Source of the DNA: an uncultured Planctomycetota bacterium
GTDB taxonomy: Bacteria; Planctomycetota; Planctomycetia; Isosphaerales; Isosphaeraceae
Direction: 5' to 3'
NCBI GenBank assembly: GCA_963823665.1
Contig: CAWGMQ010000010.1
Location: forward strand, 704,001-768,000
Length of the DNA: 64,000 bases
Part shown: positions 31,446 through 41,634 of the stretch, one piece after another
Position numbering within the stretch: position 1 is the first letter of the stretch
Layout of the letters: each line of letters starts with the position of its first letter
Notes under the pieces: generated by a model
Seen by the model: the letters and a program-made list of their open reading frames with translations, nothing else
Databases searched by the model: none
Told to the model about the DNA's origin: nothing
Made by a program: the position numbers and the translations under genes

Positions 31446-31966
31446 ACTTCAGGCTGGCGATGGGCTCCCTTGGTGCCTTTCGAGCGGAACCGCGACTTCT
31501 GCGATACGAGCCGGATCCGTTCGGTACGATGAACAGTTCCTCTCGAAGGCCGCCCGACCGCCGGATGCCGTCCGCTCCTCTGGGCCGCCGCACCACCGGT
31601 CGGCGACGCCGGACCAGTCGGCCGCGGGTAGCTGCCCCGGCGCAGCGGGGTCAGCCTGACCCGGCACGGCGTCTTGTGGAGCAGCTCGGCGAGTCTTGAA
31701 AGTGCGCTCCCGTTCTGGGTCCAACCCGACCGCAAGTCGAGTCGCGTGAACCAGCACGTTGGTATTCGGCTCTGAACGCGATTAAAATCAGTTCGGCGGG
31801 CGAACGGAGGCCATCGCGGGCCGCGGCTCCCGTCCCTCTCGAGCGCGGCGCGGGGGAACTCACCAAGGTGCGCGTCAGCGAACTCGGAACGTCCTCCGGA
31901 CACGGTAACCCAACACTGCCCGGAGAACGTGAAATCGAGACCAAGCAAGAGACTGGAAGGAATCCG

Positions 31967-32823
31967 ATGACCCACGGCGTGCAATCGATGCCGAGCCCGT
32001 CGAACCGGGGCACTGACTTTCTTATCCTGACACCCCTTCCAGAAGAGCGGGACGCTGTCCTCCGCTGCCTGGGGTCCTACCGTAAGCTACCGCCATCCGA
32101 CGAAGACATTCGGGTCTACTACGAGTCGGATCTGGCAGCGATCTTCCCGGATGGATCGAGCACGACCTACCGGGTCGTGGTGACTCCGCTGCTCGGGATG
32201 GGGCGGGTCGAAGCGGCGAACGCGACAGGGGACGCCGTCCGCCGCTGGCGGCCGCGTTACGTCCTCCTCGTGGGCATCGCGGGGGGCCTGGCCAAGGCGC
32301 TCGTCGGGCTCGGCGACGTCCTCATCTCGGACCAAATCGTTGACTACGAGCTTCAGAAGCTGACAACCGAAACGACGACGATCCGCTGGCAGGTGTATCG
32401 AGTCGACCCCCGTATGCTGGGGGCGGCGCAAAACGTGATTGGCGATGAGTGGCAAGAGCTCCTGGAGCACGAGCGACCAGGAGGCCGCGGCAAGCCCAAG
32501 CAGCTCTTTGGCCCGATCTGCACCGGCGACAAAGTCATCGCCAACAGCCTGATCGACGAGTATCGCGAGGTGTGGAGCAAGTTAATCGGCGTCGAGATGG
32601 AGGCCGGCGGCACAGCGAGCGCGGCGTTCCAGGCGGCCAACTCCCCCGGTTTCTTCATGATTCGCGGCGTGTCTGACCTTGCCGATGGGGCCAAGGACTC
32701 GTCTGACGTGTTGAGCTGGCGCCGTACGCCTGCGATGTCGCTGCAGCGTACGCGGTCGCGCTCCTCCGGAGCGGACCAGTCCCGGCGTCTGGAAGACCGG
32801 AGGCTACCGCAAACCCTCAGTAA
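31967..32823 (+). CDS. PNP/MTA-SAH nucleosidase-family effector (~285 aa); probable 1-nt sequencing deletion at ~32722
   Basis: LILTPLPEE, GMGRVEAA, LLVGIAGG, GDVLISD, GDKVI, GVEMEAGG, IRGVSDLAD; a shifted frame gives the expected end YACDVAAAYAVALL...ANPQ*. Confidence 0.88.
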
Positions 32824-32858
32824 GCCCACCGGCGGCCGAGGGCTTCACGCCGGTGGGC
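32799..32858 (+). promoter_or_regulatory. putative -1 programmed ribosomal frameshift signal
   Basis: GGAGG (32799), A_AAC_CCT heptamer (32811-32817), 6-nt spacer containing the stop codon, 11-bp stem GCCCACCGGCG/CGCCGGTGGGC (32824-32858); the -1 frame is the NB-ARC ORF. Confidence 0.7.
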
Positions 32859-35663
32859 GAGACACCTTTACCTTGGTCTGCCAGTAAACCTGGACGGAGC
32901 CCGGCGCCGCCACCCGTAATTCACCCCGATGAAGGCACCGCCGTTGGTGACGATAGGGCGCAGCCAGCCCCGCTGCTACAAAACCTTCCCCACCAGCGCA
33001 ACCAGAACTTCACCGGCCGTGAAGACTTTCTGGCTCGGATGGCTGAATATTTTGCCACGGCGGACTCGACCGCCCGGAGGCTGGCACTGTGGGGATTGGG
33101 CGGGGTTGGCAAGACCCATATGGCCAACGAATATGCTTACAGACATCAATCGCGGTACCGCCTGATCTGGTGGGTTCGTTCCGAGGATCTGGGCACACTC
33201 TTCGATGACATCGCTGCACTTGCCGTCGCTCTCCAGTTGGCCGGAGCCGGTTTGCCCGAACGTTCGTCAATCGTCGAGGCCGTGCGGAACGCACTCGAGA
33301 TACGCCGCGAATGGCTGTTGATTTTCGACAACGCGGAGGTTCTAGACAACCTTTCCGAGATACTACCACGCCGCGGCGGTCATGTTCTCATCACGTCGCG
33401 CAACCCCAACTGGGGGGAATTAGCGACCGCGCGCCAAGTCCGGCAGTGGGATCGGCCGGAATCGATCGAGTTTCTGCGGAAGCGAACGTCCGACGAGGAT
33501 GACGCCGCCGCCGATGCCTTGGCGGAAGCCCTGGGCGACTTGCCGCTCGCGCTGGCGCAAGCATCTGCTTACATTGACAAAACAGGTACAACATACAAGC
33601 AGTATCTCGAACTTTTCCTCAGTCGTCGCCAAGACCTCTGGGGGAGGGAAGAGAAACCTCTCGGGTACAATGAAACGATCACAACAACCTGGAGTGTGGC
33701 GATCGGCGAAATTCGCCAGTCGAGACCACAAGCCGCTAAACTCCTCGGCATGTTCGCTAGATTCGGCTCCGGCTCGGTCGAAGACTATCGCTCGATCGCC
33801 AGCGATTTCGCAGGTGCTTTGTCTGACTTGATCACCTTCAACGATTCGATCGCGGCCCTCAGGTCCTTCTCGCTCATCGAACGAAACGGAGACCTGGTCT
33901 TTGTCCATCCACTTGTAAGGAAGGTCGTCTCCGACGGATTCGGCGAGAAATTTGACAAGCCGACACATTTGGACATGCCCGGTCCAGGTGAGCAAACGAA
34001 TTTGGCGATTGACACTGCACAGACATCGGGCCTCGATGCCGGCGGGCCCGATCTGGTGAATCGGGGCCGGGAGCCAGAGCCCATCGGTGCGGTCCAGCGG
34101 ACCAGAATGGGCGCGATCGTCACAACCAAGCTGGATTGCCCATATCCGCGGTGCACCTCGAACGGCGCACCGACGTTCAATCGCCTGCCAGGAGGGATCG
34201 GCCAGTGCCGAAGTTGCAATCGGTTGGTCGTGGAGTGTAGGGAGGAGGGCTGCCGGCGCTCAGGCACGTTCAACCGCCCTTTCGTGCGTCACTGCCGGCG
34301 CTGCGGTGAGAGAATCAATCAGACGGCACAGTGGGAGAAGGCTCGCTCCGACGGATGGGACCTTGTACCCCAGTCGGTCTCGCGTCCTGAGGTCATCGCC
34401 GATCTCTCCGGACTGGCGGACAACAGCTCGTCGGGAAGCGTTGCGATCGCGACGGCGATGGTGCGCGGGGCTTTGGCCGTTCACCACGCGGGCCGTTTCC
34501 TGGCCCTGCTCAGGGTCGTGCCGCTTGCGACCGGCAACCCGTTCCTCTGGGAGCTCGACCGCTATCCGTTCCCGGCTTTGCCTGATGGGTCCGATCCCGC
34601 TCCCTATCCGCCGAAGCTTCTTCCCGGCGAGCGGTATCTGGCTTATTCCTGCCCTCAAGGAGTGCTGGTGCTCGACCTCTGGAGTTGCCCAGGACTGTCG
34701 GCGAAGGACCTCGGTCCCCAATACCGGCTCATCCGGTGTCAGCGCCGTTCGCTCGCCGCAGCCCCGATCCCCCTGGATGAATCGCGGATCGGCCTTTTGA
34801 CCAGAGATCGGTCGGGCGACGGGCACTTCCGATGGGCCGTTTGGGATCTCTCGAACAAAGACTTGACCGACGCGGAGTTGTCGTCCCGTCTGGACTCCCG
34901 GGAGACCAAAGATCTCGGGCACCTGTCGTGGATACGCAAGAGCTGTCGAGCTGAGCTAGTTGACGACCGCGTGATCGTCTTCACGACGCCGCGAGCGCAG
35001 AGAATCTGGCGTATCGAAGACGCAATCGCCTCGCGTTTTGACATGCTGCTGACGATCTGGCCAAATCGCGCCACGAAACAGACCGACTCCATCATCCTCA
35101 ACGAGCACCACGACGATTGGGCATCCGTGGGACTGTCCAGCCACGCCTTTCTACTTGAACCAGGCGCCGTGCGGTTCTCGTGTGTTATTTGCGTCGAGCA
35201 AGATGACTCGACCAGCCCGGTACGTATCGAGGAATATGAAGTCGACTTCGACACCTTGCAAGCGAATGCGCCTCAATCGATGGGACATCGTTCGGGAGCC
35301 GTACCTATCGGTTTGGCGCCCAACCCGAACAAGGTCTCGCAAATGTATTTCCGCGTGGGGACCGAAATCTGGTCCCAGACCGACGGGCAGGGTACCAGCA
35401 TTTGCCTCGATGGCCTTCCAAAAGTCGTGGTCAGCCTCCGTCTCAGCGGCCCGCTGGTCACAAGCGTCGGCGAGAACGAAGAAGGGGAACGGTTCATCCA
35501 GATCGATTCGCTACGGCACAGGGGCGGGCATGCCGGCGTTCTCGTCGAGAACAGGCTTCTTTCCGAACCGTTACTCTGGTATCACTGGCTCTTTACGATC
35601 GAGATGGACGCTGAAAACCGTCTGCAGGCATGCCGTCGTATCGTGGCGTTTAACCAAGGCTAA
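32811..35663 (+). CDS. NB-ARC/STAND ATPase fused to zinc ribbons and a beta-rich C-terminal domain
   Basis: NLPHQRNQNFTGRE, GLGGVGKT, WLLIFDNAE, LITSR, LPLALAQA, VHPLV; then CPYPRC, CRSC, CREEGC, CRRC. The frame is open from 32811; the ORF track starts it at 32853. Confidence 0.85.
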   Translation, partial: KPSVSPPAAEGFTPVGETPLPWSASKPGRSPAPPPVIHPDEGTAVGDDRAQPAPLLQNLPHQRNQNFTGREDFLARMAEYFATADSTARRLALWGLGGVGKTHMANEYAYRHQSRYRLIWWVRSEDLGTLFDDIAALAVALQLAGAGLPERSSIVEAVRNALEIRREWLLIFDNAEVLDNLSEILPRRGGHVLITSRNPNWGELATARQVRQWDRPESIEFLRKRTSDEDDAAADALAEALGDLPLALAQASAYIDKTGTTYKQYLELFLSRRQDLWGREEKPLGYNETITTTWSVAIGEIRQSRPQAAKLLGMFARFGSGSVEDYRSIASDFAGALSDLITFNDSIAALRSFSLIERNGDLVFVHPLVRKVVSDGFGEKFDKPTHLDMPGPGEQTNLAIDTAQTSGLDAGGPDLVNRGREPEPIGAVQRTRMGAIVTTKLDCPYPRCTSNGAPTFNRLPGGIGQCRSCNRLVVECREEGCRRSGTFNRPFVRHCRRCGERINQTAQWEKARSDGWDLVPQSVSRPEVIADLSGLADNSSSGSVAIATAMVRGALAVHHAGRFLALLRVVPLATGNPFLWELDRYPFPALPDGSDPAPYPPKLLPGERYLAYSCPQGVLVLDLWSCPGLSAKDLGPQYRLIRCQRRSLAAAPIPLDESRIGLLTRDRSGDGHFRWAVWDLSNKDLTDAELSSRLDSRETKDLGHLSWIRKSCRAELVDDRVIVFTTPRAQRIWRIEDAIASRFDMLLTIWPNRATKQTDSIILNEHHDDWASVGLSSHAFLLEPGAVRFSCVICVEQDDSTSPVRIEEYEVDFDTLQANAPQSMGHRSGAVPIGLAPNPNKVSQMYFRVGTEIWSQTDGQGTSICLDGLPKVVVSLRLSGPLVTSVGENEEGERFIQIDSLRHRGGHAGVLVENRLLSEPLLWYHWLFTIEMDAENRLQACRRIVAFNQG

Positions 35664-35666
35664 GAC

Positions 35667-36047
35667 ATGCCCGCTACCGATCCCAGTCCAATCCGGGAGT
35701 TGCTGAGCAATTTCGCAATCTTCCTTGCGGTCTCGGCGGTCGGCGGGTCTGTCTGGTATTTCGGGCTGTTCCGATGGTTGCTCCGTAAGAAAAACCCGGC
35801 TTGGCCGCTCGACGCCTGGAGGATTGCCTCCTGCGGCGCCTGGCTGACCGTCTGTGCCGCGCTACTCGTGTTCCGGGACCAGTTTTGCAAGGAGCTACTC
35901 ATTCCGCTGCTCACCCGCTTTGGTCTTCACCCCATATTGATATCATGGCTCCCGGTCGTGGTGGTTCTCCCTGTGATCGCGTTGGTCGGCCTGCTGGTGA
36001 TCTGGAACTTTCGCCGGGACGAGAGCAACCGCGCGAGGCCCGCCTGA
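35667..36047 (+). CDS. small three-TM membrane protein
   Basis: 126 aa, three hydrophobic segments, starts 3 nt after the NB-ARC stop codon. Confidence 0.7.
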   Translation: MPATDPSPIRELLSNFAIFLAVSAVGGSVWYFGLFRWLLRKKNPAWPLDAWRIASCGAWLTVCAALLVFRDQFCKELLIPLLTRFGLHPILISWLPVVVVLPVIALVGLLVIWNFRRDESNRARPA

Positions 36048-36202
36048 CCGCCGGTGTCGCCCGCCGGGATTCGGCCCGAAGTGATTGGATCGTGCCATCC
36101 AGGAACTTTTCCTTCTTGCGAGTGGCCGTCCGCGGTAGCGCGAGGAGCAGTTGATGAGCGACGTCGAATCGAGGGTCACGTCCACCTCGAGGGGCGTCAT
36201 CC

Positions 36203-39200
36203 ATGGGGATGAGACCCTCACAAAGCCCGTCCCCACAATCTTCATCGCCTTGGGGGGAGCGGTACAGACGTCGTCATGCGGCTGCGCAAGCGGTTCTTCG
36301 ACCGCTTTCACACCGCGGATCCGGGTCACGTCCGGTTTGTGTTTATCGATACCGACACGCAGAAGTCGGTTCCCAAAGGAGAGAATTCGGAGTTGTTCGA
36401 CGAACTCCAGCCCAGTCAGGAGGACCTGGTTTCCGCCCCTATCACCGCGGCTCAATTCCAACGCGTCTTCGCCGACCTGTGCGCAAGATCAACTGCGACC
36501 ACCTCACGTGGCTGAAACCTGAGCTCGAGCGGATCGGTCCCGAGGCTCTGGAGCACGGGGCCGGGACCCATCGGCAGTTTGGCCGCCTGGCGTTCTATCT
36601 CAATCATGTGCCGATCCGTCACACGATCGAGCGGCAGATCGCCGAGTCCCTGCGCTTTGCCGCCCTTAACCCCACCAAAGTCGCGGAGGATCGGATCGAA
36701 GTCGTGATCGTGATGACGCTGGCCGGCGGGACCGGGTCGGGGATGTTCATCGATGTGGCTTATCTGGTCCAGGATATCCTCGATCGGCCCACCTATCGCG
36801 CATGCAGAAGCAAGAGCGTCACCCTGATCGCCTTCCTTCCCGGCCTCTTCGACGCACACAGGGCGCTGTCGCAGCGATTCCGACAGAATGCGTTCGCCGC
36901 GCTCCTGGAACTCGAATACTACGGAACACCTCGCACGGGCGACGATCTGTTGCTGGGAGACGTTCGGCACGGTGCGCGACAGGAGCGTCACTGGACCGGC
37001 TTCATGGCCGACTGGGGCGATGGCAACAGGCGGTTCATCCGCGGCCCCGGCTGGGACACCTGCTTCCTGATCGACAACCGCAACGATCTCGATCCAAACG
37101 CCCCGTTGTCGGATCGCGACGTCTTCCAGATGGCGGCGGACTACCTGTTCCTCGACTTCGAGAACCATGAACTCGCCGTCGCCAAGCGATCGTCTCGCTC
37201 CAATATCGTTCAATTCAAGGACAAGGTCAAGGAGACGTGGGTGCGCCGGCCGGATAGCAGGGAGGCGGCGGGCGGCATCTTCGAGGGCAACTCCGTCTAC
37301 GCCACCCAGAACGGCTGCCGATTCAGCTCATTCGGGCTGGCCGAGATCTACTTCGACCTGGAAAAGCTCTACCAGGTCGCGGCATACCGACTCGCCGCAA
37401 TTCTGGTCCGATCCCGATGGCTCGGCAACGCCGACCAACACCCGGAGAGCCGGTACACGACTTGGATCAACGAACACCTGTTTCAGCCAAGAGACATACT
37501 GGACGAGGAAATTCCCCCTTCATTCCACCCCGAGCGACTGACACGCCAGTTACTGACGACTGCCTCCGGTTGCTGGCTCGACGACATCACGCGGGACATT
37601 GAGTCCTTGAGCAAGATCGAGCCGAAGGAGGGCCTCGATCGGATGCGCCGGCTCCTCGGCGCCCACGTGGAGCTGCTTCACAAGGCGGCCCCCGGAGATA
37701 TTGCGGCCGCCCGCCAGACGATCCAGGACAACCTGGTGCGGTTGAGTGGCGACGCGAAAACGCTGGGCTCGTTGCGCACGCGCCTTCGCGAGCTCGCCGC
37801 CAGGCATTGCGCGCTTCATGGCGTCTCCTCGACTCTGCGCTTGCTCGATGACATTGTCCGCGCTCTCTACGAGATCCGGGAACGCTCTCTCGCCCTGCCG
37901 GCAGGTCCAACCGACCACGATCTCCTGGCACGTCTTGTCGAAGCCCAGATGGTCCCCTGGCCGGTACACGACACCGCCGTGGCAACCGAATTCAGCCGAG
38001 CCCGTGACCTGATAGAAAAAGCGCTTCGACGCCGCTACGACCAGGCCGCCGGGATGGCGATCGACCGCATGCTCCTGGATGTTTGCCGGTACCTCCGTGC
38101 GCCGGCCCAACCCCCTTACCCCGAAGTGACGGTGCATGGCACATTGCATGCCTACTACAGACGGGCGCAAAGTTTCCTGAGAATGCTCGCCGAGCGCCTG
38201 GAAAAACGGTTCAAGTTGACCTACGGCTACGACCATTTCAAGGTGGCCCGCAGGCACTCGCTCGGCCCAAATTGGGATGAAGCCACCTTCGATAAACGGA
38301 TCGATGAGGCACTGGTGCTTCATCCCGAAATCAACAAGTCGGATGACGCGAACGACAAGTTCAGCTTCGACTGGAGCCGGTTCGAGGCTCTGGTCCTGCA
38401 AAACTTACGCAATTTGCACGGCGCCGGGATGGAGGTGGTGAAGGACGTCGATGATCTCATCAGGAACTGTTTCGAGAACGAGCGGGACAACACCGAAGGG
38501 ATCATCCAGGTCGCCGACTGGCTGGCGGACGCCTGCAAGGTCGTCCTCCACGGTGGCAAGGATGCCAGCGGCTTGCCTGCCGGCGGTTTCCAGCTCAGGG
38601 ACGAGGCAGACGGTAACGCCGTCGACCTGCTAGTCCGCCAGGCAGACTGGATGGAGATCCTTGACAGGATGGTCAAGGTGAGCATGCCGTACCTTCAGAC
38701 GACCGACCCGACCCGGATCTCGAACGATTTCTCTCCGGCCTACAGCAATCTCTACAGCCAGAAACAGGGAGAAACCAACACCAGGGTGAGCGAGAGGAAC
38801 GCCGCGCGGGTGTTCGAGAAAGTGCGGGAAATCGTTGCCTCCCGCGCACAGTACAGCGCCAGTTTGGCGCGCGCAATATCGCTCGCCCACTGGAGGCCGA
38901 GAACTCAAGGATCATCCTCGTCCGCGAGATGACCGGGTTTCCCCTCCAGTTCTACGCCCACCTGGACAGCCTGCGCGAGGCTTATGAGACCACCCCGAAC
39001 GTCACGCTCAAGAACGACGAGTGCCACATCAACTTCAAGGTAGCGAGTGAAGACCTCCCCGACATCACCCTGTTGGAGACGGATACCTATGCCCTGATTC
39101 GTGAGAACGTGTCGGTCGTGATCCGCGCGATCATCCTCCAGGCCATCAACTGGAGGGAGGGGATGCTGAAAGTGGCGGTGCCCGACAAGTATGGTACGGC

Positions 39201-39792
39201 AGGGATCGAGGTGCCGCTGGGCTCTCGCCTCCATCGGGCCATCAAGTACGCGTGCGAAAAAGACAGCGTCCGGCAGTATCTCGTCCGGTTCTGGAAGGAA
39301 TGGACAGACCGGGCCTTGCCCCACGACTGGGCGTCTCTGTACGCGTCGGGGCGAATGACTTGGACTGAGTTGAATCCCGAACGCGACATTCGGCAAGACG
39401 ACGTGTCTTCGCCGCTCCGCAATTGCTATGACAACCTCCTCGCACAGGCCAGTAAATGCTTGAAATCCACCGAGGAAGGCCAGCGATGGCTGCAGGATCT
39501 CCAGCCGTACGCCTTCTCGGAGCCGCCCCCCGCGGACCGTCTCGATGGTGCCAACACTCGTCCCCTGGCCGCCAGGTTTGTGCGAAGGTGCTTGAGGCGA
39601 CTCAACGCGGACCTGCCGATCTACCAGGTGATCGCCGACACGGTCCCCATGACGCTGGAGCAGGCCGCGATGGCCCACGATTGCATATGCGCGACGGAAA
39701 GGTTCCCCCTCGCGGTCTTCTGCGATGACGATCTGTTTTGCCCGCAATGTGGCGGACGCGTGAACGAGGAGTCCCAGCCCGCTCGAATTTGA
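36203..39792 (+). CDS. large tubulin/FtsZ-like (Tubulin_2-type) protein, ~1190 aa, with helical body and C-terminal zinc ribbon; frameshifts at ~36206, ~36257, ~36485 and ~38870
   Basis: Reconstructed PTIFIALGGxGTDVV, FVFIDTD, GAGTHRQFGRLAF, TLAGGTGSGMFIDVAY, NAFAALLEL, FSSFG; C-terminal CIC...FCPQCGG. Confidence 0.85.
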
Positions 39793-40035
39793 ATCCGCTG
39801 CGAATGACCTGTCTTTGGCCGTGAGCACCGCCCGCACTTGGTTTCCTGCGATAGATCCATTGACAGGCGTTGAAGCGAGTGCGCAACTTTCCCGTAAACC
39901 GCGTGCCGAACACCTTAATAAGGCGTTTCCCTGCTTAAAAACGAAAGAGGCGCGTTCCGATCGGCCGATAACTGGGGGCGTGGGTGCCGAAGAGGGCAGA
40001 GGGATGCCATCGTGAATTGATCGGAAGGAAGCGCG

Positions 40036-41553
40036 ATGACGGCGGATTCGGCGATTGTCAAAGAGGGTAGCGCTGGGGAGAAGGGGGACGCCGAGAGCGT
40101 CGTCGAGATGCTGCTCCGGGTGGCTGGGAGCGCGCATTATTTCCGTTCGAGCGATGGCGGCGTGCACGCTCGGGTGCGGGTGGGGAACCGGCACGAGACA
40201 TACCGGCTGAAATCGCTGGAATTCACCGACTGGCTGATCGAGAGTTACCGACGTGAGCGGGTCGACCTGCCGCCACCGACTGCGGTTGTGCGCGTTGTGA
40301 GGGCGGTTGAGGCTCGAGCGCGGTTTGATGGTGGCACGCGGTTGTCTTACGTGCGGGTGGGGCGTGGGGGCGACGGCGATGGCGGGGGGACGGAGAGTTA
40401 CATCGACCTGGGTGATTCCAGCGGTCAGGCGGTGAGGATCAGCGCGCGGGAATGGTCGGTGGTGGATCGACCGCCGGTGCATTTTCGTCGGCCACCGGGG
40501 TTGTTATCGCTCCCTTTTCCAGCGCGGGGCGGCTCGATCGAGCTGCTGCGGCGTTATGTCAACGTGACCGAGCCGGATTTTCGACTGTTGATTGGCTGGA
40601 TGGCGGCTGCGCTCTTACCGGACGGACCTTACCCGGTTCTCGTGGTTCATGGGGAGCAGGGATCGGCCAAGACGACGCTGGCGAAGGTGATCGGTTGCTT
40701 GATCGACCCGCAGGCTGCGCCGTTGCTCGCGGAGCCGCGGAGCACGCGTGACCTTATTGTGACCGCAGCAAACGGATGGCTGCTGGTTTATGACAACCTC
40801 AGCGTGGTTCCGAACTGGTTATCGGATGGTCTGTGCCGGCTTGCGACCGGCGGAGGTTTGGCGGGCCGGGCGCTCTGGTCGAACAACGAGCGGAGTGTGC
40901 TGCAAGCCCGACAGCCGACCATCTTGAACGGCATCGACGAATTCGTATGCCGTCAGGATCTGGCCGACCGCTGTCTCTTTGTGTATTTGCCGCCGATCGC
41001 CGGCGCAAACCGGCGAGTCGAGGGCGATCTGTGGCGTGAGTTTCAAGCGGAAGCTCCGGTGATCCTGGGAGGACTGCTGGACGCGATCATGGGCGGGCTG
41101 GCGGTGCTTCCGTCGGTGCGGCCGCCCGAGCTGCCGCGGATGGCGGATTTTGCATGCCTGGGGGAGGCAATCGGGCGCGGGCTGGGCTGGCCGGAGGGGA
41201 CTTTTCTGACGGCCTACAGCGATAACCGCCGCGCCGCGACGGTTGCGTCGCTCGAGGATTCGCTGATTGTCGCCGCATTGTTCGAGAGGGCGCAATGGGG
41301 CGAGCTCGACAACTGGACGTGCTCCGCGAGCGAGATGCTGGAACAGCTCGCCGCACGAGTCTCCCCTAAAGTCAAGGCATCCGTTCGCTGGCCGAAGACG
41401 CCGCGCTCGCTGGCCGATGAGCTGCGCCGGGTTGGCCCGCAGCTTCGGATGCGCGGGATATCCGTGACGTTCACGCGAACGGCCGAGAATCGCCTGATCA
41501 CGATCGATGCGGCCGCGGCGGCAGATTTTTCGAGGGTCCCAGGCCGAAGTTGA
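40036..41553 (+). CDS. P-loop ATPase of the type found in replication modules of integrative elements (primase-associated helicase-like)
   Basis: GPYPVLVVHGEQGSAKTT, VYDNLS, LCRLATGGG, ILNGI, DLADR, PRMADF. Confidence 0.75.
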   Translation: MTADSAIVKEGSAGEKGDAESVVEMLLRVAGSAHYFRSSDGGVHARVRVGNRHETYRLKSLEFTDWLIESYRRERVDLPPPTAVVRVVRAVEARARFDGGTRLSYVRVGRGGDGDGGGTESYIDLGDSSGQAVRISAREWSVVDRPPVHFRRPPGLLSLPFPARGGSIELLRRYVNVTEPDFRLLIGWMAAALLPDGPYPVLVVHGEQGSAKTTLAKVIGCLIDPQAAPLLAEPRSTRDLIVTAANGWLLVYDNLSVVPNWLSDGLCRLATGGGLAGRALWSNNERSVLQARQPTILNGIDEFVCRQDLADRCLFVYLPPIAGANRRVEGDLWREFQAEAPVILGGLLDAIMGGLAVLPSVRPPELPRMADFACLGEAIGRGLGWPEGTFLTAYSDNRRAATVASLEDSLIVAALFERAQWGELDNWTCSASEMLEQLAARVSPKVKASVRWPKTPRSLADELRRVGPQLRMRGISVTFTRTAENRLITIDAAAAADFSRVPGRS

Positions 41554-41634
41554 GCGGGCCCGGCGTTCGGGCATGAGGCTCAGGCAGATCGAGCGAGAGT
41601 GTAGACGACGAGCTCCGACAAGCAGGAGGACTCG

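Noticed and set aside
31450..31960. GC-rich intergenic region upstream of the PNP gene as an ncRNA or riboswitch
   Set aside because: Only short scattered stems and no recognisable motif; much weaker than the 12.4-13.7 kb region
36203..37400. Calling the tubulin-like gene ftsZ
   Set aside because: About 1190 aa, AGGTGSG signature, no division-cluster context; fits the Tubulin_2-type family instead
38905..40482. 525-aa minus-strand ORF and similar long antisense ORFs elsewhere
   Set aside because: Shadow ORFs opposite well-supported genes, expected in high-GC DNA
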